The notes beneath the pieces are model-generated. The model made no database searches, was not told the DNA's origin, and worked only from the letters and a program-made list of their open reading frames with translations. The translations under genes and the position numbers were made by a program. Below, piece after piece: positions 7,894 through 18,714 of a stretch of DNA of 24,000 bases. Positions within the stretch are counted from its first letter, which is position 1. Every line of letters begins with the position of its first letter. This DNA comes from Sulfolobaceae archaeon (GTDB lineage Archaea > Thermoproteota > Thermoprotei_A > Sulfolobales > Sulfolobaceae), in assembly GCA_026627305.1 (NCBI GenBank), contig JAPNVD010000007.1:88578-112577 (forward strand), given 5' to 3'.

Positions 7894-9143
7894 CTAATTA
7901 ACAAGTCCTCTTAAGAACTCCAAAGTTTGCTTAGCTACACTTTCCCAGGACTTATGCAACTCGAGGAATCTCTTCACATTTTCAGTCTCATGTTCACTCC
8001 TGTATTTTTCTAGATCTTGATCGAGAACTTCTTTAACTTTACTAGATAACGCCTCAATATCGTATTCTTTTACAATCTTCACAGGCCCTATATTACCATA
8101 GACGAACCTAATAGCTGGTATATCATAAGCAACAACGCTGGTACCTAAAGCTACACTATCTAACACTACCAGCGAGAAACCATCTTGATGTGAAGGATAT
8201 ATAACCACTTTTGCTTTGGCAACAGTTTGATATAACTCCTCAACAGGCCTGTAACCTCTATATTCTACGTTTGAAGTAATGCTCTTCATAAACCTTTTCT
8301 CCTCACTCTCATCCTGAAATTTTCCGAAAACTATTACCTTATATTTCTCTAACCTTCTAGCTATTTTAGGAAGTTCTCTAATGCCTTTTTGTGGTACTAG
8401 CCTAGCAAAAAACACTGCATAATCCTCTTTATTATTTAAGTTTCTGAACTTGCTGATTAGCTCCTGGTTATAAGCATTCCCTGGATATAAAACCTTTACG
8501 GGCACGCCATATTTAGATGCTAAAATATCTATCTTGGAAAGATAAACTGGAGCTTTGGATACCGCTAATATGCCTTTTAGTACTCCTTCCTTCATAGCCT
8601 GAATGTAAGCTTTTCTATCTATTCTGTAAAAGAAATACATCAGAGTATCGTATGCAAATCCTTTAATTCCCATTATCCTCCTATATCCTCTACCATAAGA
8701 ATACCTAAAGGGCTCATCATGTAAAAGTTTAACCAGGGGAACCTTGGCTCTTTTAGCTAAATTATAAGATACCTTGAGAGTTATCGCATCCTCATGCATG
8801 TCATACACTATATCAGGCTCCATATCGCTTAGCACTGATTGAATGTTCTTATTCTCTACTTCGGGTAAATCATTAAGGTTTCTTACTGCTAAGTGAGAAA
8901 ATAAAAAGTATGAATACCTAGATCTTATTGCAGTATAGCCTCTATCTATGAGCTCATAGGTAAAAGGGTTAACTTTTACTCCGTTTCGTTCTAAATCCTT
9001 CAATACATCTAGTTTATTAGAAACCAGAAAAGAAGGTACTAGGACCTCTACATCATTTCCTAACCTTACAAGATTCTTTAATACATTACTTATGTGTACG
9101 CTAACTCCTGAAATATTAAAAATATTTGCAACGGCTATTATCT

Positions 9144-9147
<4 letters not shown>
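7894..9147 (-). CDS. GT-B fold glycosyltransferase, family 4-like
   Basis: 417 aa. The C-terminal half has the GT4 pattern (FFARLVPQKGIRELPKIA ... PSHQDGFSLVVLDSVALGTSVVAYD). The N-terminal half is diverged. Confidence 0.75.
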
Positions 9148-10005
<858 letters not shown>

Positions 10006-10013
<8 letters not shown>

Positions 10014-11106
10014 TCTGATCGCTTTTTAAATAAATAGAGACCACACTCTTATGCTTTCCTCTACTATCTATAAGATCTATAGCCACAATTTGATAGTCTT
10101 TTAACTTCTCTTTTAACTCAGCATAGTTTTTAGCCGAAATTATCAGATCATAGAAGTTACCTGCTAATTTATTTCCGCCCACTGGCTCGTTTTGAGGAGA
10201 ATACACAACAACCCTATATGTTCTACTTGACGGTTTTATTTGTAGTAGTGCCTCACGCTCCCTTTTGCTAATTATACCTCCCTTTTTCAAAACATAACCA
10301 ATAGGTAAATCGATATAATCCCTATCATAATCTTTTAGGAGAATATAATACTCGTCAAAAATCCTAACCTCTGAAGGCTCGCTAAAATACGTTGTTGGCA
10401 TTACTTGGATTGCGTTTTCTAATGACTTACCATCCTTTGAATACCAGTTTACTAATGGAACGTTACGTTTAATTCTATTAAAAAAGTATAAATAGTACTT
10501 ATGCTGTGCTTCAGTAATTATTGTCCTCGAGGATATATCATAAAGTACTTCCATTTCAGGGCTATCCATCTCAGGAGGAAAGCTTAGGGATGCTAATTTC
10601 TTACCCACTTCCCTTTTTATTTCGTTTTTAATACTCTCATAATATGTTAGATTATTCTCTTCCACAAACTTATTCTCTTTCATTTTAAGATAATCCGATA
10701 ACTTCACGCCTAAAATATAGGATTTCGTTTTACTCGATTTTAACACTTCTAAGCTCTTTTTCAAAAAATCGTTCTTTAGTTCATCTAGCTGGTCTGCACA
10801 TATATAGCATTCTCTAGATTTGAAATCTTCATCAGTGAAATAGAGCTTATAGAATTCTTTAGCTGTTTCTTTCATATTTAGGAGTATTTCTTTTACCTCA
10901 TTTAGATCTTTGATTTTATGTTCCTTAATTAAGTAATCTAGTTGAAGCATGAGAGATATTTTGATAGCTTTACCCCTTTCCGCATTTGTTAACCCAGTGC
11001 CTAGCTTTGCAAAACATCTACCTAAACAGCTATCACAAAGGGAGTATTTTTTGAGAAGCTGAAGAGCTTTATCCAAAACATCATTGCTTAAAGAGAAGCT
11101 TTCCAA
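10006..11106 (-). CDS. Pus10-like protein (tRNA pseudouridine synthase Pus10 family N-terminus; catalytic motifs not recognisable)
   Basis: It has the N-terminal CDSCLGRCFA ... CYICADQL four-Cys ribbon characteristic of Pus10. It also has YLYFFNRIKRNVPLVNW where Pus10 has the GRY.K..R.IPQT.W block. I cannot find GREDVDVR, GRPF or the C-terminal Pus10 motifs. Confidence 0.5.
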
Positions 11107-12412
11107 GATCTTTTCTCCTCCTCAAATTCTTTAATGTTTTATTTAAAACATCATAATACTGTAACAACTCTTTCACATCCTCTGGAGAAACTCCTGCACC
11201 ATAGGCTATTCTTCTGATCCTAGACCTGTCAATTACTGATGGATCGTCAAGTTCTTTATAAGTCATGGAATCCATAATGTGAAGCCATTTATTCATCTTC
11301 TCTTCACTTAGCTTTAATTGCTCATCAGGTATAGTAAGCATGCTAAAACCAGGCACTAATTGTAAAACTTTTCTTAAAGGTCCCATTTTTCTAACAGTTA
11401 TAATCTGTTTATAAATATCGCGCAATGTCAGCTTACCCTTGCCAGTTAGGGCATCTTCAACCTTTTTCTGAATCTCCTCGTACTCCTGTACGCTCTTTAT
11501 CTTCTCTAGGATTGTCTCAATATCTCCCATTCCCAAGATCCTAGAAATGAACCTCTTAGGGTTAAAGACCTCGAAATCTTCTAATTTTTCACCAGTTCCT
11601 ATAAATTTTATAGTCGCGCCTGTGGCAACTACTGCTGAGAGAGCACCACCACCCTTAGCAGTGCCATCTAGCTTAGTGACAATGATAGAACCTATAGGGC
11701 TTACTTGATGGAACTGTTGTGCTAAAGCGTAAGCTTTTTGACCTATTGAGGCATCTATCACTAACATAACCTCATCAGGCTTTATTGTCTCATATATGTT
11801 CTTCATCTCTTCCAATAGTTTCTGCTCTTCCCCGTAACCATGTCTTCCAGCTGTATCAATTATAACTATTTGATATCCTTCTTTTAAGAACTTCTCAATT
11901 CCGTTTTTAGCTATCTTTACAGCATCCTGATTTCCAGGTTCTCCATAAACTGGAACCTTTATCTGTTGTCCTAATTGAGTTAGCTGGTCTAATGCTGCTG
12001 GCCTATATACATCTGCACCAACTAACGCGACTTTATACCCTTTCTCCTTATAAAATAAGGCTAGTTTTCCAGCTGTTGTAGTCTTTCCACTACCTTGCAC
12101 ACCAACTAGAAGAATAATGTAAGGGAATTTACTGGGAAAAACGTCTGGTTCTTTATCTCCTCCAAATAATTTTACAAGCTCATCATATACTATCGAGATA
12201 AACCATTCTTTTCTCTCTATCATACTGGGAGGTTTCTCGTTGGTTAACCTATTCCTTATCCTTTCGGTTAGATTAGCTACAACTTTTACGTTAACGTCAG
12301 ATCTAATTAGTTCTATAGTAAGATCGTTCAAAAAATCGTTTACCGCTTTCTCATAAACGTTACTACCAGTTAAAAACTTCCTTACCGCATCTTTTAACTT
12401 ATCTAGTACCAC
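11081..12412 (-). CDS. srp54: signal recognition particle protein SRP54
   Basis: The N and G domains carry [21 protein letters not shown] and [11 protein letters not shown] Met-rich C-terminal M domain follows. Confidence 0.95.
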   Translation of the reverse strand: MVLDKLKDAVRKFLTGSNVYEKAVNDFLNDLTIELIRSDVNVKVVANLTERIRNRLTNEKPPSMIERKEWFISIVYDELVKLFGGDKEPDVFPSKFPYIILLVGVQGSGKTTTAGKLALFYKEKGYKVALVGADVYRPAALDQLTQLGQQIKVPVYGEPGNQDAVKIAKNGIEKFLKEGYQIVIIDTAGRHGYGEEQKLLEEMKNIYETIKPDEVMLVIDASIGQKAYALAQQFHQVSPIGSIIVTKLDGTAKGGGALSAVVATGATIKFIGTGEKLEDFEVFNPKRFISRILGMGDIETILEKIKSVQEYEEIQKKVEDALTGKGKLTLRDIYKQIITVRKMGPLRKVLQLVPGFSMLTIPDEQLKLSEEKMNKWLHIMDSMTYKELDDPSVIDRSRIRRIAYGAGVSPEDVKELLQYYDVLNKTLKNLRRRKDLGKLLFKQ

Positions 12413-12413
12413 A

Positions 12414-12809
12414 TCACTTTACCCTGACTATTTTCTTTTTATCCATAATTGTCCAATATTCTATTTCAGCACCCACTCTTATCTTAGATAACAAATCCTC
12501 TTCTTTAGGTTTCTCCATCTCAAAAGTTTCATAACTTTCTAAATCCATTACCTGCAATTTATCTCCCATATCTGCCAATATCTGTCCAACATGTTTCTCA
12601 ATAATCGGCACTTCTACCTTTTGATCTACAGGTGCCATAAGGGTTTTCTTATTACCAGTAAATACACCGATAGCTACAACATTAGCCTTAGCGCTTCCAT
12701 GTTTACCAGTTTTTGCCTTGCTTATTTCAACAACACGGCATGGTTCTCCATCAATTACAATATAACTACCTACTTTTAACTCTCCAACAGTAGTGTACTG
12801 AATGCTCAT
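12414..12809 (-). CDS. eif5a: translation initiation factor 5A (aIF5A), hypusine-containing
   Basis: 131 aa with the hypusination loop [15 protein letters not shown]. Its stop is 1 nt from the SRP54 start. Confidence 0.95.
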   Translation of the reverse strand: MSIQYTTVGELKVGSYIVIDGEPCRVVEISKAKTGKHGSAKANVVAIGVFTGNKKTLMAPVDQKVEVPIIEKHVGQILADMGDKLQVMDLESYETFEMEKPKEEDLLSKIRVGAEIEYWTIMDKKKIVRVK

Positions 12810-12824
12810 ACAGTCTCAACAGAA

Positions 12825-12836
12825 CTAAATAAAAAA
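12825..12836 (-). promoter_or_regulatory. A/T-rich TATA-like element for the aIF5A-SRP54 array (leaderless)
   Basis: The minus strand reads TTTTTTATTTAG, ending ~16 nt upstream of ATG 12809. The exact box register is ambiguous. Confidence 0.4.
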
Positions 12837-12946
12837 GAAACTTTTAACTCTTACCATTTTCCGCGCTTTGGCCCTTCATCATAATTCAGCTTAGTTAGGC
12901 TCTTCACCACTAATTTTATCTTTTTAACTAGCTATTAAAGCAAATT

Positions 12947-13093
12947 ATGGCTTGGAAAGTTAAGTGCACTTCATGTAATACTGAATGGATAGCTAATATA
13001 AGCTTTGATATAAGCAAGCAGAAATATTTGTACCACTACTGCAAAGTATGTAAAAGAAATACTTTTAACGAAATAATTGAATACATTGAATAA
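12947..13093 (+). CDS. candidate 48-aa zinc-ribbon miniprotein (not in ORF track)
   Basis: My translation gives MAWKVKCTSCNTEWIANISFDISKQKYLYHYCKVCKRNTFNEIIEYIE*, with a CxxC-N21-CxxC pattern. A T/A-rich element (12915-12927) lies 20-30 nt upstream of the ATG. There is no other support. Confidence 0.35.
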   Translation: MAWKVKCTSCNTEWIANISFDISKQKYLYHYCKVCKRNTFNEIIEYIE

Positions 13094-13095
13094 AA

Positions 13096-13147
13096 ATGAT
13101 GAACCCGGAAAATTTTGAACCTAAATGAAATAACCTGTCTCGGCTGA
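13096..13147 (+). ncRNA. C/D-box sRNA candidate (2'-O-methylation guide), 52 nt
   Basis: Its parts are: C box AUGAUGA (13096-13102), 12-nt spacer ACCCGGAAAAUU, D' box UUGA (13115-13118), 6-nt loop, C' box AUGAAAU (13125-13131), 12-nt spacer AACCUGUCUCGG, and D box CUGA (13144-13147). These are the canonical archaeal box order and spacings. Confidence 0.6.
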
Positions 13148-13149
13148 TC

Positions 13150-14310
13150 TCATATTATATAGTCTCCGTTGTTGATTTTATCTGGTATGTATGTAAATGC
13201 TAAAAACTGTAGACCTTTACTAGCCATAGCCTCTATTTCTAGCTTTGCTTTCTTCTTCAAGAAGATATCTATCTCTTTCTTCCACGACTCTGACTTAAAC
13301 CAGGGATAATTCATTATCTCTTGAGCTCTTTTTATATCAGCATCTTTAGCCTTAATTATAAAGTTCCTCCTTTCCTGCTCCGTTAAATACGCCTTTTTCT
13401 TTCCATCACCGAAAATGTCAACCATTGAAACCCCTAGGAACCTAGCGTTTGGGGTAGCTAACCTCTCACTTTCATATGAGAGATTTATTGAACCTATCCT
13501 GAAAACGCTATAAATATACCATCCGTAAGGATCAGCATCTGTTAAAATGTAAACTGGAAGCTTTAGCTCTTCATTTAATCTTCTAACGAATCTCCTTGTA
13601 GCTCTATCAGGCTGTCCAGCACTGGTAACTAGTATCGCCTTGTATTTTTTCCAAAAACCGACTCTATGAAGTTGCTGAAATACCGCATCTTTCTCCACAA
13701 CAAGGACAAACTCGGCATTTATGTCTATAAAATCGATTAAGTCTGGAGTTGGCTCTATAGAATAAGCACCATGTCCTAATTTACTCAGATCTATAACATC
13801 GTTCCCGCTTCTTATCCTCATATCCCCAACTACCTTTCCTTTCTCCTTGCTAAGAATCAACATATCTTCTCTTAAAAGTGACGTAAAAACTTCAATATCT
13901 ACAATCACTGAATCCGACTCTTTCTGCTCATCCCACGTATTCTCTTCATGAGTCTTACCCGAAGGATCCTTTATAACAATTGAATGTTTCCCTCTATAAT
14001 AAAGATCCCTTATCGTAGGATATTCATTGTTTATTAACGCATCGTAAATTATGCTAGCCATTAATGTCGTTTGCATAAATCTTTTAGCCTCATTTAAGTC
14101 TAGAAAGTTCCTCTTCAGCTTAGCTGAACCTAATAGTAATAGTTTCTTGTTTTCATCGTAGATTGTGTTAGATAAAGTACGTTTTGGTATTTCCATTATA
14201 GGAGGTTCTCCTTGATCTATAGCTTCCTTCAACTTTAGAAACTTTTGTCGTAATATCTCTGCAGCCTTCTTTCTCGCTTCTATATCAACCTTTGAAGTGA
14301 GCTCAGTCAT
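13150..14310 (-). CDS. top6A: DNA topoisomerase VI subunit A (Spo11 homologue)
   Basis: It has the catalytic-Tyr region TIRDLYYRGKH and the Toprim motifs VVEKDAVFQ and LTDADPYGWYI. It overlaps top6B by 4 bp. Confidence 0.95.
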   Translation of the reverse strand: MTELTSKVDIEARKKAAEILRQKFLKLKEAIDQGEPPIMEIPKRTLSNTIYDENKKLLLLGSAKLKRNFLDLNEAKRFMQTTLMASIIYDALINNEYPTIRDLYYRGKHSIVIKDPSGKTHEENTWDEQKESDSVIVDIEVFTSLLREDMLILSKEKGKVVGDMRIRSGNDVIDLSKLGHGAYSIEPTPDLIDFIDINAEFVLVVEKDAVFQQLHRVGFWKKYKAILVTSAGQPDRATRRFVRRLNEELKLPVYILTDADPYGWYIYSVFRIGSINLSYESERLATPNARFLGVSMVDIFGDGKKKAYLTEQERRNFIIKAKDADIKRAQEIMNYPWFKSESWKKEIDIFLKKKAKLEIEAMASKGLQFLAFTYIPDKINNGDYII

Positions 14311-15908
14311 TCAGACTCCACCTTCACCTGTTTTGCGTACTCTAGAATATCTTTCAATTCTAGTCTTTTTGAAACTAATTCTAATAATTTTGTTTGAATT
14401 TCATTCACTATTGAATTTAATTTAACTACGTCCTCCTTATTTGCTACCTCAAACACCGCTAAACTTCTGCTGACTTCAGGTATATATTTAAGGTAAGTTA
14501 TTAGTTTCTTCTTTGCCTCCTCTTCTTTCCTCTTCTCTGCAATATACAGCCTTAATTTTCTAGCAGCTTCCATAATAGCATTCCTGATCTCTTTCTCTAT
14601 CTCTTCAACATCACCTATTACCTCCTTTCCTGCAGTCTTATAGGGAACCTTTGTGCTGCACAAATGAACCATAACAACTAGTTGATACTGATCTCCTTCT
14701 ATACCATACCTCTTCCAATCAATCTCCTCTACAATCTTCCAAACCACATCTGATTTCTCATCATATACCAAGGGTATCTTATTTGCATACCTAAGTACTA
14801 TAGGCTCTTTAGCTTGAGGTATACTTCCACCATATGCTATGCCTGCCTCAACAATGAAAGGATGACCTTGATAGACTTTAGGTTTTCTGGTAACTGCCGA
14901 GACAAACTCAGGGTTGAATATTTTCTTAAGCCCTAATTCTATAAGCTCTTCACCTATAACAGATAGAGAATCCGCAGTGGGGGGTCTGAAGTCTTCGTAT
15001 TTCTTTAAAGTATTCATCAAAACTACTAGTTCTTGCTCTGTTAAGTCATGGATCTTTTTCTCAGGATTTATATTAGCTAACTCTAGCACTTTTTGCGCAG
15101 TGACTTCACCTACGCTCTGAAATCCCTCTATTAAGAATTCCTTTATTGTCATATTAGTCTTCTGTTGTGCTATCATCCCCTTTAGCATCTCTAAATCTAC
15201 ACCATGAGGATGAGGTTTCACTTCTTGTGGAGGCTTAGGTATAGTTGTGGTTATTCTCGGATAATACACTACATTACCTTCAGGATCCTTAAATATTATT
15301 TCGGCATACGGCGTTATTATATACGTTCTTTTTAGATACTCATATATCTTCTGTTTAGATCTTATCCAGTCACCATATATATATATTGTAACTGAAGTTC
15401 CATGCCAATTATTAACGTTAGAGATTGATGATCTCTCCAATATAATAGGTTCATTTTTAGTTATGTCGATCTTTATCTTGAATTTATATATCCTCTTAGA
15501 ATTTAGCGGAGAAGTTACAACTTCTACAGGCTTATCTTGATGCATTTGGCTATATAATACTGCAGCCTTCACACCGAGCCCATACATTCCTCTAGTTTGC
15601 CTATATACGTACTTCGAACTATAAAGAACTTGACCAAAGGCATAAGGAACATATTGAGGTGGTATACCTATGCCGTTATCCTCAACATTTATCCTATAGA
15701 TCTGTTTTTCCTCATCTTTTAGCTCAATAGTTATCTTTATGACAGGTAATATGTTATGCACATCTGTAGCGTCAAGAGAGTTTTCTACTAATTCCCTTAT
15801 AGTTTGGTATAGGGCCCGTGCTGGATTTGTAAAACCTACTAGTTCTGGATTCTTTTTGAAGAACTCAGCAGGAGAAATCTGAGTAAACTTCTCTTTAGCA
15901 ACCGACAA
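14307..15908 (-). CDS. top6B: DNA topoisomerase VI subunit B (GHKL ATPase)
   Basis: It has the Bergerat-fold motifs RELVENSLDA, DNGIGIP and GMYGLGVKAA. The start is a TTG preceded by a GGTGA Shine-Dalgarno-like motif 6 nt upstream and an in-frame TGA. The N-terminus MSVAKEKF matches Sulfolobus Top6B as I recall it. Confidence 0.95.
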   Translation of the reverse strand: MSVAKEKFTQISPAEFFKKNPELVGFTNPARALYQTIRELVENSLDATDVHNILPVIKITIELKDEEKQIYRINVEDNGIGIPPQYVPYAFGQVLYSSKYVYRQTRGMYGLGVKAAVLYSQMHQDKPVEVVTSPLNSKRIYKFKIKIDITKNEPIILERSSISNVNNWHGTSVTIYIYGDWIRSKQKIYEYLKRTYIITPYAEIIFKDPEGNVVYYPRITTTIPKPPQEVKPHPHGVDLEMLKGMIAQQKTNMTIKEFLIEGFQSVGEVTAQKVLELANINPEKKIHDLTEQELVVLMNTLKKYEDFRPPTADSLSVIGEELIELGLKKIFNPEFVSAVTRKPKVYQGHPFIVEAGIAYGGSIPQAKEPIVLRYANKIPLVYDEKSDVVWKIVEEIDWKRYGIEGDQYQLVVMVHLCSTKVPYKTAGKEVIGDVEEIEKEIRNAIMEAARKLRLYIAEKRKEEEAKKKLITYLKYIPEVSRSLAVFEVANKEDVVKLNSIVNEIQTKLLELVSKRLELKDILEYAKQVKVESE

Positions 15909-15951
15909 ATTTCATCACCGCCACTTTTTCCAAATACATACTATTAATCGC

Positions 15952-18341
<2,390 letters not shown>

Positions 18342-18371
18342 AGTGACCTATTCTTAAAATGACGTGACTAA

Positions 18372-18381
18372 TTTTATAAAA
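18372..18381 (-). promoter_or_regulatory. TATA box for rtcB
   Basis: The minus strand reads TTTTATAAAA, 31-40 nt upstream of ATG 18341 and directly after the stop of the upstream small ORF. Confidence 0.45.
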
Positions 18382-18389
18382 CTAAGTAT

Positions 18390-18626
18390 CTAAATTTTCT
18401 TTTCCGAAGCCTTACTTTTAGATTCTAGTTTTTCTCTAAAGTTTTTTATTGTAATTTCTAAACTATCACTTATACAATCAGTATTGGAATTTTCTATAAC
18501 AACTCTTAGAAATTTGTAAGCACATCCTTTACTATGAAAGTATAATTTCTTATCTGATATTGTTAAAATAATACCCTGACCTTCATAAAACTTCCTTCCA
18601 CATACCATACACGTATAATATTGCAT
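18390..18626 (-). CDS. small L24e/TRASH-like zinc-ribbon protein with Lys/Glu-rich tail (78 aa)
   Basis: CMVCGRKFYEGQGIILTISDKKLYFHSKGCAYKF follows the ribosomal protein L24e pattern C..CG..I..G.G......D.....F(C/H)S..C...F. An A/T-rich promoter-like region lies at 18643-18659. Confidence 0.5.
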   Translation of the reverse strand: MQYYTCMVCGRKFYEGQGIILTISDKKLYFHSKGCAYKFLRVVIENSNTDCISDSLEITIKNFREKLESKSKASEKKI

Positions 18627-18714
18627 ATCAATTGAACGGTGAATTTAAATCTTAAAAAACTATGTTCAGCTTTGCTACTAAAAATTAATGTAACATAATT
18701 AGGTGACAACACAA

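Noticed and set aside
7851-7904. The 18-codon N-terminal extension of the SDR (ORF-track start at 7904), which overlaps the glycosyltransferase.
   Set aside because: The extension (MLIRNLPILFNVSSILFT) precedes the normal SDR N-terminus and contains a TTTTTAA box 23-29 nt upstream of ATG 7850. The internal ATG is the better start.
12850-12882. A minus-strand AUGAUGA C-box-like heptamer (12876-12882) followed by the GC-rich GGGCCAAAGCGCGG, upstream of the aIF5A promoter. I considered it as a third C/D sRNA.
   Set aside because: A CGGA D'-like element does occur after 12 nt. However, there is no acceptable C' box, and no CUGA D box at any sensible spacing downstream; the sequence runs straight into the aIF5A TATA region. 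In the same place, a possible tiny ORF ending ...LNYDEGPKRGKW has no credible start codon.
18703-18714. The GTG start for the helicase (ORF-track call).
   Set aside because: The GTG is part of a GGTGA Shine-Dalgarno-like motif positioned 8 nt upstream of ATG 18715.
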